Positions 44,419 to 60,746 of a stretch of DNA of 60,746 nucleotides are shown here, piece after piece. The translations under genes were made by a program, and so were the position numbers. Source of the DNA: Eledone cirrhosa (taxonomy: Eukaryota). Position 1 is the stretch's first letter; each line of letters begins with the position of its first letter. The stretch spans positions 1 through 60,746 of the forward strand of contig CAXHJY010000060.1 of NCBI GenBank assembly GCA_964016885.1. Reading direction: 5' to 3'. A model generated the notes under the pieces. It was not told the origin of the DNA, ran no database searches, and saw only the letters and a list, made by a program, of their open reading frames with translations.

Positions 44419-44420
<2 letters not shown>
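41267..44420 (+). mobile_element. Decayed near-full-length APE-RT LINE (RTE-group-like) between (TA)n tracts
   Basis: MGTLNVRT, LAIQEHR, SAYSPT, LGSDH, IVPVPKKGDLS..NYRRISLTS, FIDFRKDF, LLYGSET remnants; about 300-nt non-coding 5' region. Confidence 0.88.
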
Positions 44421-44464
<44 letters not shown>

Positions 44465-44465
<1 letters not shown>

Positions 44466-44700
44466 CTGGCACTACAGTTACGGCGATGCGTGTTCGAGTT
44501 GATCCGATCAACGGAGCAACCTGTTCCAGTAATTGACGTGCAAGTGGCTGAATATTCCACAGAGAAGCATACCCTTAACGTAGTTCCCAGGGAGATTCAA
44601 CGTGACACAGAGTATGATAAGGTATCGTGTTCAAGGACCCAACGCGCCACAGGGAATCGAACTCACGGCCTTATGATTGTGAGCCGAATACCTTTAACGA
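44465..44700 (-). mobile_element. tRNA-derived SINE family B
   Basis: Minus-strand head with B-box gagttcgattccc followed by gtccttgaac; body homologous to 13032-13120. Confidence 0.7.
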
Positions 44701-44798
44701 AATGATCTCTCTCTCTCTATCTCTCTCTCTTTGTGTATATGTATATATATATATATACTTGTTCACAAGTGTTTTTAGGCCTCATATCATGTTACCTT

Positions 44799-44866
44799 AT
44801 TTTATCTGATGAGAACACAATTTTTGTCCCAGGATGATATTGTTTTCGAAATGCGCATAATAAAAT
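44799..44866 (+). ncRNA. Canonical minimal type I hammerhead ribozyme motif
   Basis: attttat-CTGATGA-gaacacaa...ttgttttc-GAAA-tgcgca-TA-ataaaat: 7-bp stem I, intact core, palindromic stem III, AUA cleavage triplet; within a module of about 140 bp flanked by (TA)n. Confidence 0.82.
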
Positions 44867-44998
44867 ATATGGAACTTTTTAACCATCTTTTAATTTCTTC
44901 TTTATATATATATATAGCTCAAGGGTTCTTATACATTTGATATATATTTATCCTTATCGATCCCTTTTTGGATTTTAGTCTTCACATTTATTATTATT

Positions 44999-45029
<31 letters not shown>

Positions 45030-45989
45030 GAAGATAAGTGAAATTAAATTTCGTTCGTGTGAATCATATATGTATATATATATGTATGTATCTATGTATT
45101 ATTGCATGCATGTGTATGTATGCATGCATACATGTATGTATGTGTGTGTGTGTGTTGCATATATGTATGCTCCAGGAGACGCTCAAGTGTGCACGATTAT
45201 AGACATGAAGACTTAGAAAGTATATGAAAACAATCAAGCGAAATTACATTAAAAGCATTGCGAACATTAGTTTTAGATTTGGTGCTAAACTAAATTACAT
45301 ATATCTGCTAAGCTAAATTGGAAATAAATGCAATTTTACAGCATCGGTAATTTCAATAGATGAGATTTTATATAGACAATTGATGGAAAAGCAAATAAAG
45401 CGACACTATCCAATATTGGAACCATCTGTTATTTGGAAAATACATTCACGTAAGTTCGGTGAGAACAGCAACAGTAGCGTGTCAGAAGAGACGGAAGTGC
45501 CATAAGGAAAAAAGATAATGAAACTGACGTTAATGTAAACAATGATTAATGTTGGTTGTCAACGATTCATTGTATTTCAACAGATTTTGAATATATTATT
45601 GGTGTTTTTGAAAGATAAAGAATTCTTATGTTTCCGAAAAGGCTTTTCGTCTCTAAAGAAACGTTAGAATTCTGCAATTTCGAAGGTATTTTGGACACTT
45701 CTGGACTCTTGCCAATGGAATTACTAACGACGTTGAGTAATCCGCTTATACAGCATTTAAACAAGATAGCCTTGAGATTAAATCTCCCGTTTGTGAATTA
45801 CTTGCATATGTTGCCTATGTGGTACTTAGCTCAACAATAAGCATAAAACACATCTCATTCAAACTCAGCCATATCCAGTCCACCTATCTGTTTACAAAGT
45901 AAACACAGAGACAGCATGTGAAAACATCTCCGATTGTCATATCCTAACAAAAGTACCAATGGCGTTCCTAGCATTATACTCAAACTTTT

Positions 45990-46700
45990 CTTCTTCGCCC
46001 ACTTATTCCTGAGAGGGTCGTGGGAGCAGAGTCCTCAAACACTCCTATACTTATACTTTCCGCTTCAAAGTTAGCTCTTAAATTTGTCGAATGTTCCAAT
46101 CTTTATAACAATCTAACGGTCTCCAGAAATCTATGAAAATTCAAGTGCGTACCTATATGATGTACGTATATAATATACGTATATAACCATACGTGCCAAC
46201 TACCTCCGTATCACCTTTACTTCTAGCATCTCATACTTGATGATGTTTTTCGTCAATGACCATATCGTTAATAACCACATCTTTCATCACTTAGATTATC
46301 ACTTTATACCTAGTGACTATCCGTATTACTTTCTAACACCGAGTATATCAGAGATATTTAGGGCGTTCAGTGAATATAATATTATTGCTTCTGAAATCAT
46401 TTGACAAAGTAGTTGACTGTTTACCTAATTATTATGTGCTGTGAGACGTCCGACAAACTCAAACTATATTCACTTGTGTACCAGCAACATGTCTTTCTTT
46501 TTTTCTATGGCCATTCCAATACTACTGTTAACAACACAAGCATTGTTAACTGTGATACCACCCTTCAATTCGTTTTAACCCTCTAACCTTAAATATCAAC
46601 CACACACATCCTTCCTTCATTTAAACCAAGAAAAACATTTATTAAATATACCTGATTCTATTCCTATCATCATCTATACTAATTTTTATTTCACTGTGTT
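45990..46700 (-). mobile_element. Possible highly decayed LINE 3' portion
   Basis: Weak remnants resembling the RT C-terminal RRRxLxWYG motif; no ORF. Confidence 0.3.
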
Positions 46701-47217
46701 CATTTATAAGAAGCAACTATCTTAAATTTTCTACCCACCCAAATGTTCTCTGTTGGTATCGAGGAAGAAAATATTCAAATTAAGATAAATCTATTGAATG
46801 ATATTAAAAATTCAAGAGATCCTTAACGTTTGATTATATAACCCGTTCTACTCCGAATAAAAATAAAAGAGTCACTGGAGATTAATAATGATAATAAAAG
46901 CCAGCAGCAAAATAAACTACTCCTCTCGAACTATAAACAATTTCCTTTATCACTTAAAAAGTTAAGCCGTATTATTCTATTAAAATATTCAATTACCATA
47001 ACAGAGTTGATTGGTGTCTCGGGGAGAATATATGAATATAATTTGAAGTGAATATAAAACTTTGAAGCAAAACTCAACAATGCCGACGCCATATATACAT
47101 ACATATTTCTTTATATAGTATATAATTTAAAAGATCATATATATCATAATATGCGTGCATGTCTACATATATACAAATATGTACACGCGCAGACACACGC
47201 ATATACATACACACGTG

Positions 47218-47540
<323 letters not shown>

Positions 47541-47608
47541 ATATATATAAATAAATAAATATACGCATGTATATACATATATATATGCACACAAACATGT
47601 ATATATAT

Positions 47609-47795
47609 ATAGGAAAAAGTATGACCCCGTCGGCAGAGCTCAAACCGTTTCGACGGCTATTTCTGGACTCCGAAATAGCCGTCGAAACCGCTTGAGTTCT
47701 GTCGTCGGGGTCATACTTTTTCCTATTACTCACTCTACTACCCTAAGTAATGAGTACTCTGGTGCGTTATGGTCCATCTGGTTCCTTACCACAAT
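47609..47795 (+). mobile_element. Fold-back mini-element family F1, copy 3
   Basis: Hairpin 47609-47726 plus tail ..gagtactctggtgcgttATGgtccatctggttccttacc.. into (TA)n. Confidence 0.75.
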
Positions 47796-47983
47796 TCCTT
47801 TGTTATATATATATATATATATATATATGCACGCACACACATGCATATATATATGCACACACACACACATGCATATATATATGCACACACACATGCATTT
47901 ATATATGCACACACATGCATTTATATATATATATATATATACATACATACACACATGCATATATATATATGCACACACACACA

Positions 47984-48032
<49 letters not shown>

Positions 48033-48340
48033 GAAGGTACATACATGCATCTACAAATATTATATAAATGATTATATACATTTATCAAAATATATGTACA
48101 TACGTGTGTGCGTGTTTCACACACTCCTTTTCAGGTTTATATCCTTTTTTATTGTTTCAGATTCCAATAAACCAAAATTGAAGTATGCCTAAAATACTTG
48201 TGTAGTTACTGTTTAAATTCCAAACGCGCACGCGCGCGCACACACGCACGCACGCACGCGCACACACACACACACACACATATATACATACATACATACA
48301 TACATACATACATACTTATGTACGTACGTACACACACACG

Positions 48341-48380
<40 letters not shown>

Positions 48381-48575
48381 CGAGGGACGGCTAAAAGTTC
48401 ATTGGCTGACTATGAAATTGATGCTAGAGCTGTGAAATCTTGCATGCATTAATAATTTCAGTTCTTCTTAATAATTGTATTGTTTCTTTCCAGGGACCAT
48501 CTTGAAAAATAAACTTCTTTTGGTCATTCCATGAGAGTATGATGGTCAGCCTATGGACCTTTCAGCCGACCCTCA
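48381..48575. mobile_element. Tc1/mariner-type MITE
   Basis: TA-flanked TIRs of about 30 bp: cgagggacggctaaaagttcattggctgac and gtcagcctatggacctttcagccgaccctca. Confidence 0.8.
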
Positions 48576-48585
48576 TATAAATAAT

Positions 48586-48766
48586 GTAATTGTTTCTACT
48601 TTAGGCACAAGGCCAGCAATTACCCAGTGCATTACTGGTACTTTATTTTATCGACCCCCGTAAGGATGAAAGGCAAAGTTAACCTCGGCGGTGATTTGAA
48701 CTCAGACCGTAAAGGAACGTAATTATGCTTGGCGTCCGACTCTCTAACGATACTGCCAATCCACTG
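48586..48766 (-). mobile_element. SINE family A (young) with a 16-bp TSD
   Basis: ccctcatataaataat at 48570-48585 and 48767-48782; the TSD includes the MITE's right end, so the SINE inserted after the MITE. Confidence 0.9.
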
Positions 48767-49179
48767 CCCTCATATAAATAATATAATGGCTGTATCTCGA
48801 TTTCGAGTATTGCCATCGTTTGACCTATTTCTTATACATGGGTGGCAGGAACATGATTTTTTATCCTGACAAAAAGTTGGATTCCTTTCTGCATATGCTG
48901 CAGCGAAAGAAAGAAGAAAAGTCCATGTTCACACAACACATGTGAAAGTCATTTAGATCAAGTGACACATGTGCTTGATATTTTTTTAAGTGAAGAAGGG
49001 CCTTGGACATGACCAAAGCCACTCTGAATGACGGTGACTGGTATCCAGAACGAATATGTCAACATCATTGACTGCCATAGAGACGCAGCTTTTACCTCAG
49101 AGATTTCCTTCTCCTAGAATGATGTCCTAACAAGAACTAGGGGTCTTTCACTCCTGGTGGGATAACCGCGCGCTCGGGT

Positions 49180-49252
49180 ATTTGAAATCAGGGAGCCGGA
49201 ACGAACACCACATTCTATCCGACGTCCTAACGACTCTGCCAATTCGCCGCCT
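49180..49252 (-). mobile_element. SINE family A head fragment
   Basis: Minus strand ggcggcgaattggcagagtcgttaggacgtcggata...gatttcaaatacc. Confidence 0.6.
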
Positions 49253-49274
49253 TCACACACACACACACACACAC

Positions 49275-49330
<56 letters not shown>

Positions 49331-50292
49331 ATTCATACATACATAAATACATACATATATCTGGTGAATGGGTAAGTACTATAAATACAGAATGATATAA
49401 CATTTGCTTAAGTTTTTGTTTTGAAAAGTTAGAAATAATGTGTTTATACCTTAGACTCAATCGTTTTGTTAATTTGTTTTCTTATTTGTTAATTTGTTTT
49501 CTATTTTGTTAATTTGTTTTCTTATTTCTTTTCGAGTAGTTGGAGTTGGCAGATATGTACCTCCTTTTATTCTGGCGTTAATACAGCGTTCATCTCCACT
49601 GAAATGTTCACATAATAGCCCTACTTTGTATCTAGCAGAAAATCTAAATAAATACAATTAATAGAAACTCTCGCTTACCCTTATCAACGGATTATTTTTC
49701 TTTCTTTTTAGAAATTGTTCCAAAACCAAATTGCGTAGATAGCGCCTATTAGATTATCTCAAGCAAATTTCTAGCGATAAGTGTAGCTGCTGTCGGCAAC
49801 TTATGTTTTTAGATAATATAACCACTCTCTCTCACACACACACACACACGAAAAGAAACAATATATCTAATACAATAAATTTAATTTATATTTGTAATTA
49901 TATAATCTGGTTAAGTAATATCAGGTCAGTGGCCGGGAGTAATAATTAAAAAGTACAAAACATTCAGACTTTAAACATACTCTCTTAGCAAATATTTGGA
50001 ATGAAAGAATGGCTCATTATAGTGCGTTCACTCACACAAACAATTATGTATTCCTTGATAAACGTATCCATATCTCATCACTAACCTTAAAATATATCAG
50101 TATACGAGTTATATTCCGTGTGCCATTACGAAATATATAGCAAAAATTATGAATCTATTGTGTGTGGGCTTCATTTCACCACTGTTTATCAACCATTATA
50201 CGACACGTGTGTTTGTATGATTATATATATTTCTGTCGGTAATTCTAAGATTTACATATGCAAACATACACACAGACATAATGCCTTTCTTA

Positions 50293-51137
50293 TTAGGTGT
50301 GTCAGAAAAGAAACAGAACTGGAGTTGCAAAAATAAATATTTCAAATCTAAAGTACAAAAATTCCCCTTCGAAATAACTAACGCACATTCCCATCCCTCT
50401 CCGCCACACTTCCACGCACTCCTTGAAGAATTCTCCCGGGATTCTTCGCAGAACCATCGTCTTGCCCCTCTTGATGTCTTCTATGCCCGGAAAACAGGTC
50501 CCCTTAATGACCTACTTGAGAGTGGGGAAAAGGAAAACGTCTGATTCAGTTTAAAGACGCTTGAGGATGTCCTGGTACACTTGCATGTGCTGCTCTATCT
50601 GGTTCTCGTTCATTAGCTTCGGCACCATCTTTGCGCAGATCTTCCGCATGCCAAAATCTTCGGTGATAATCTTCCAAATGCTGTCGTGGTTAATGCCCAG
50701 CTCACTTGCGATCAGTGGAACAGTCACCGGTGATCGCCACGTACCAACTGCCACACGCGCTCGACGTTGGCCCCAGTCCTGCTCGTTGAAGGCCTTCAGC
50801 TCCTGATGTCGTCTTCTACGTCCTCACGTATCTCTTTGAACCTTTTGTGCCACTTGATATGTCCCATCAACGTACACTTGCTACTTCTGACGGAGTTTTC
50901 CCCAAACGGACCCAAAACTTCAGATTGGTTCGTTGCTCTGTGTTCATCGCTCGGTGGCCTAACATCGTGAAACTTAACAAAAGCACATGAGAAAAAATAC
51001 AATGGTTGCATAGAACTGAGATCGCTGTTATATACTCCCCAGCTATTACGTCACACGGTGACACAACCCGCTAATCCATATCCCACTCATAGCTCACACA
51101 ACACACTAAGTCCTATAACTTTTCTGACACATCTCTA
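50293..51137 (-). mobile_element. Internally deleted mariner transposon
   Basis: TIRs aggtgtgtcagaaaag and cttttctgacacatct; transposase remnants EQRTNLKFWVRLGKTPSE, WHKRFKE.REDVEDD.RS, IASELGI..IITEDFGMRKICAKMVPKL and the C-terminus; catalytic DDD core deleted. Confidence 0.9.
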
Positions 51138-52129
51138 ACACATTTATATCAGCCATGTTGCTACAATAAGAAGATCGCTTTCCAATCAAAGGTTCCTGAG
51201 TTAAAGCCCTACATTTGTTTCTGTAAATAGTTATTTATCCAAAGTTACTCACTCATTTGTTTGTCATTTGTATATACATACTGAAGATTTATGTAATTGT
51301 ATCCTACAAACAAATAATAAATATATCTTTTATCTTTAATCATTTCCACGTGTCACTAATCAACATAAACTATTGGTTTTTACTTGCGCAAAGCGAACAT
51401 TTATCAAAATGTAAATTTCCCAATTTGTATGATTGTTCATATTTCCAGTAATCCCAATATATATGACATACTAATACAGGACTCCAAAAATCAGATGTGT
51501 TCAACACTGCATCTATCATTATTGACAGCATAGTTCTACTAGTTTGATTTTTGCCTTTTGCCAAAAATATAGGCAATTCCTTTTCTGCAAGTAAAAGCCT
51601 AATTTCTAATCTACAGTTGAGTTGAGATCATATTTTCATTACGAGACTTAAAACAGCTGTCCGTTGTCTACAACCAAGAGAATATTATCTCATTCAATCA
51701 CTGGCAGTCGCTAACAATTGATAGGATTTTTTTCCATCTTTTTCTCAGTGTGAGTGTGTAGGAGGTGATCTTAAAAGTTAGGAATTTTCATGTGTACTGT
51801 ATTCAAAACATCACCCATTGTTAGTGGAATATGGTAGGCGGAAACTGCTTGACACACACACATATATATATATTTATATATATAGTGGTAGAACACTGGA
51901 AGGTAATATCCGAAGTAAGTAGAGCACTCAATCCATGGGACAAGTTCGGTTTAAAGTTAGTTCCACAACAGTTAGCAAATAATTTATATATATATATAAC
52001 ATGGGGCCTTGCACTCCTGTTTTTTTCATTTTCCTTACATAATTACACTTGCATATAAACACTTATCCTCTTACACCATGAATCTCAATTCGCTACTCTG
52101 CGAACCTTTTAATAACTTCATGGGGTCGA

Positions 52130-53597
52130 CATGGACTCTGCAAACCGCAGTGAAGGCAACCCGTCTAAGAGAGCAGTGACTCCAATTTAAAACAACTGCA
52201 CGAGGCAGACGTGGGCTCTGTAAGTCGTATTGAAGGCAACCCGTCTAGGAGGACAGTGACTCCGATTAAAAACGACTGCACGGGACAGATGTGGACTAAA
52301 TACTAAGACCTTCCCAGGAAATGCACCACACAGCAGCACAAATTAGTTATTAGTGACATCAAAATAAACAAAAGACAGAACAAGGCACGCAGGGAAATAT
52401 GGAGACGAAGGGTGTGAAAGCTAAAGGATATATATAAAGGTTAAATATAGGTTTAGAACGGTCCTATGGGATGCATTTGATGAGCAGGATGACGAGCTAC
52501 ATACCTATAACGTCTAGGACAACTGGAAATGTTTATGCGACAACTTTTTGTGAACTATTGACGGGACCTGATGCTGGAGTAATGCGCCAACGAGACAGAT
52601 TGTGACTTGGTGGCAGAACAGCACAGAAGATACAGCCATTAAAGCCAAGAGACGGGCATTCAAAGACTGGGAAAATAGAGATAGCAGAGACCGGTACCAT
52701 GTGGCTAAGTGAGAAACTAGGTAACATGTATGCACAACGTCTTGGGACGTGAGAATCAGAGACGTGAAATGTTCCGTATTGCAAGGCGGTGTGTTAGTGT
52801 GAAACGAGATGTTGTTGGGGGAAAATGTGTTAGAAATGACGCTGCTACACTTAGCATCACTGATAATCCACTGAAATGTTATGATGAGAGATTGGTGAAA
52901 GTAAAGAATAAAGGGAGGGGGAGAACTACCCCTGACATACCCAAAGGAAGGATGAGCTATTGAAGTTGATAGTTTTAGGGTCAAAGACGCAAGCAAAGAA
53001 ATGACGAACGTTAAAGCTGCGGGACCATCATAAATAGTTGCTGAGATGCTAAAAGCATCAGGGGAGGTAGGAGTCAAATATAGTAAATCAAGTAATGCAT
53101 GACGGAGTCATATCAAATGATTGACGCAGCAATACAGTCATAAATTGCTACAAGGGCAAATGTGATGCTCTAGAAAGGAGCAACTATAAAGGAATAAAAC
53201 TAAAGGAACAAGTTATGAAAGTGAAAGAAAGAGTTATAATGCAGCTAATTAGGAAAAAAAGAGTCAAAATGGATGAGGGGAAGTTTGGTTTCATGTCTGG
53301 AAAAATTACTACAGACACACTCTTTTTAGTGAGACAACTACAAGATAAGTTCCTAGCCAAAAATAAGCCACTATATGTAGCTTTTGTTGATCTAGAGAAG
53401 GCATTTGACAGTTTATCTTAATCTATTATCTGGGGACTCTTAAAGAATTTGGGTACAAAAGGAAGGCTAATTGACGTCTGTGAGCGGTGCACGATGCTTC
53501 ATGGTAGTGAATGGAGGTGGTAGTACATGGGATGTAACTGCAGATGACAGGCGTAGCCTGGAGAGAAATGAAGCGACCATGATTGAGTTGATGTGCA
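52130..53597 (+). mobile_element. Decayed, deleted RTE-clade LINE related to 31735-34890
   Basis: [57 protein letters not shown]; 5' tandem repeat of about 80 bp (tgaaggcaacccgtcta...). Confidence 0.85.
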
Positions 53598-54850
<1,253 letters not shown>

Positions 54851-54920
54851 ACTGTATACTGTTAACATTCAATTCTTTATCAATTTAGAATCTTTTCTCA
54901 AAGGCACATATACATACACC

Positions 54921-56210
54921 TCTTTAAAATATACCCATCTACCTTACTTTAAAGGGCATTATACACTCTATAATACTCGTTTACTCTTTTCCCGCATCCT
55001 ATCTTCTCGTAAACAATAACATTTGTTTTTGACATTTTGAATATTCATCCGCAATCATTATTATTTTTTTCCCTCTATCATAAATCTTTTTAATCTCAAT
55101 TTCATCCTTAATTTATTATTATATATATATTTTTTAATATATACTCATATATTCTTTAAAATATACCCATCTACCTTACTTTAAAGGGCATTATACACTC
55201 TATAATACCCGTTTACTCATCACCCTCATTATATCTCCTCGTAAAACAATAACATTTGTTTTTGACATTTTGAGTATTCATCCGCAATCATTATTATTTT
55301 TTCTCTCTATCATCAATCTTTTTAATCTCAATTTCATCCCTAATTTATTATTATTTTTTTCTCCCCATCAACGAACTCATTATTAATACATATGAATTCA
55401 ATATAAAAACTTTAACTTCACATTATTTTTCTCAAATCCTACACATAAACTTTTTCTCTTTGCTAATTTTAAAATTCCTACATTTCTCCTTTTGACGTTA
55501 GAATATTCACCCACAATTATTATTATTTTTTTCTCTCTATCTCCATACATAATCTCCCTTCGTTATTTTTTTCTCTCTATCTCCATACATAATTTCCCTT
55601 CGTTAATTTTCAAATTCCTTTAATTTATACATTATCTTCCAACGGTTCCCAACCTCTCTATATTAAAACATTATATCTTTTTCTCAGTTATAAAAACTAT
55701 CTCTTTCTCTCTATCACCCATCTCTCCCTTTCCACCTTCACTCTCATCTCCTCCCCTTTTTTTTTCATCCTTTCCACCCCCACCCCTCCCTAAATATAAT
55801 ATATTTTTTCCTCGCACATATCCTCCCTTCGTTAATTTTCAAAATTTTTAATTTATACAGTATCTTCCAACGGTTTTCAACCCCTCTATATAAAATATAT
55901 CTCCTCTCTGTTATAAAAACTATCTCTTTCTCTCTATCACCCATCTCTCCCTCTCATCTCCTTCCCTTTTCATCCTTTTCTCTCCCCCCCTCTCTAAATA
56001 AAATATTTTTCCCAATATCACACATCAATCTAAAACCACTTTTTATATGTTGATTTAAAACTGCACTATCAACAAGTGTTTTTTTAGCCTTCATATCATG
56101 TTCTCCTGTTTTATCATATGAAAACACAACTATTATTATTTGATGATGTTTGTTTTTGAAATGCGCATAATAAAATATATTGAACTCCTTTAACCATCTT
56201 TTGATCTTAT
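54921..56210 (+). repeat. G-poor region with nested direct duplications, ending in a decayed hammerhead module
   Basis: Duplications at about 54921-55120/55153-55360 and 55590-55810/55822-56010; 56070-56205 is homologous to 44765-44895. Confidence 0.75.
56109..56175 (+). ncRNA. Degenerate copy of the 44799 hammerhead (core CTGATGA changed to CATATGA)
   Basis: ttttat-CATATGA-aaacacaac...tttgttttt-GAAA-tgcgca-TA-ataaaa. Confidence 0.55.
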
Positions 56211-56298
56211 ATTATGCATACTCCAGTCCCACAAACTGTAGAGTGCTTCTTATCCGATATCTGCATTGCTTTATTGTACTACAATAAAACTCACCTCC

Positions 56299-56354
<56 letters not shown>

Positions 56355-56359
56355 TATAT

Positions 56360-56390
<31 letters not shown>

Positions 56391-56415
56391 CATACATATA
56401 TATATATATACTTAC

Positions 56416-56450
<35 letters not shown>

Positions 56451-57091
56451 CATATGGACAGCATGATATATTATTTAAGAACCGACTGGATACGGTTTAT
56501 AGCTTGACTATATGCTGAACCACCGCGAAGTATACGATAGACGCGTGTCCTCTATATATATATTGCGTCTCATGGATTATGTGAGTGGTGGTGTGAGCAA
56601 GGACAGTGGTACGGCCTTGCCTACGATACAATAAGGTTTATAGTATGTTGAAGGTTTTTGATATTTTGTTGTTTCCCCGCATCCGTGACTGTATATCATA
56701 CAGATGTATGAGAATAAATGACTTAATAATTCAGCCTACATAATAAGACCGACTGCCTGCTTCTGCTGCCTGACCCTGCAAATATCATTCTGACGCACTC
56801 TAATAATGTATAGATAAGACACGCGTGCATACTACACGGGAGATTGTTTCATACACTGACTTCTCGAAGCTTTCCTCTTGCTTTATCTTCATAGAGTGCC
56901 AACGCTTCAGGTTTATCTTTATTTTCACTCTTATTTTCACTCTTGTTTTTATTTTATTTTTATCCTGTAACCTTTATATGTAAATTGCCATGCTATATCA
57001 TTGGTTGAATGTCACCCCACTGTTGATCAATATGCGCATATGTTTTATGTGTCTCTTGGGTTGAAAAGGAGGTCAAGTATCTTATAAATAG

Positions 57092-57140
57092 TTGCTCCGA
57101 AGAATCCAAACCACGGTGTGGAGGAAACAATTGGAAGCAA
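57092..57140 (+). ncRNA. Hammerhead-like motif with a variant core (CCGAAGA...GAAA caattg), cleavage site mutated
   Basis: ttgct-CCGAAGA-a-tcca..tgga-g-GAAA-caattg-GA-agcaa, overlapping AATAAA, then about 35 nt and a microsatellite. Confidence 0.5.
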
Positions 57141-57338
57141 ATAAATGACTTAAACTGAACTTTGATTACTGTAATCTCTATACATATATATACATATACA
57201 TATATATATACATATATATACATATACATATATATACATATACATATACATATATATACATATACATATACATATACATATATATACATATACATATATA
57301 TATACATATACATATATATACATATAGATATACATATA

Positions 57339-57390
57339 TTGTTATATTTGGGGAGGGTCATATTTGCGTAATATTGCCAGAATTAATAAT
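57339..57390 (-). mobile_element. Short Penelope-like terminal fragment (MTLPKYNN end) inside a microsatellite
   Basis: Reverse complement matches 24347-24400. Confidence 0.7.

Positions 57391-60746
<3,356 letters not shown>

Noticed and set aside
45880-45930. Minus-strand MFSHAVSVFTL..DR|GT resembling GPCR TM3
   Set aside because: In-frame stops on both sides and wrong spacing to the DR; probably chance.
49561-49643. AG...GT-bounded 83-nt segment on the minus strand
   Set aside because: Not frame-preserving and no GPCR similarity; unsupported without transcripts.

Overview
Eukaryotic, AT-rich, repeat-dominated DNA. The SINE/LINE repertoire and kilobase (TA)n arrays suggest a cephalopod, probably Octopus; this is an inference, not a database result. 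The window lies inside one large minus-strand gene for a rhodopsin-family (class A) peptide-receptor-like GPCR. Three phase-compatible coding exons are visible: 27971-28094 (end of TM3 to TM4), 14346-14566 (ECL2, TM5) and 3541-3691 (ICL3). TM1-3 and TM6-7 were not found and probably lie outside the window. The introns contain a near-intact L1/Tx1-clade LINE, several decayed RTE-type LINEs, a Penelope-like element (GIY-YIG, Neptune-like) with inverted pLTRs, an internally deleted mariner, MITEs, about 20 copies of a tRNA-derived SINE, minisatellites and long TA microsatellites. The most interesting signal is a set of short modules embedded in (TA)n: minimal type I hammerhead ribozyme motifs (two otherwise dissimilar ones share the same non-canonical core), fold-back hairpins that appear to have formed independently at the same apex, and element ends that stop a few codons after a conserved ATG. 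Nearly all long YI-repeat ORFs in the track are microsatellite artefacts. Exon, ribozyme and TSD coordinates were counted by hand; repeat boundaries are approximate.
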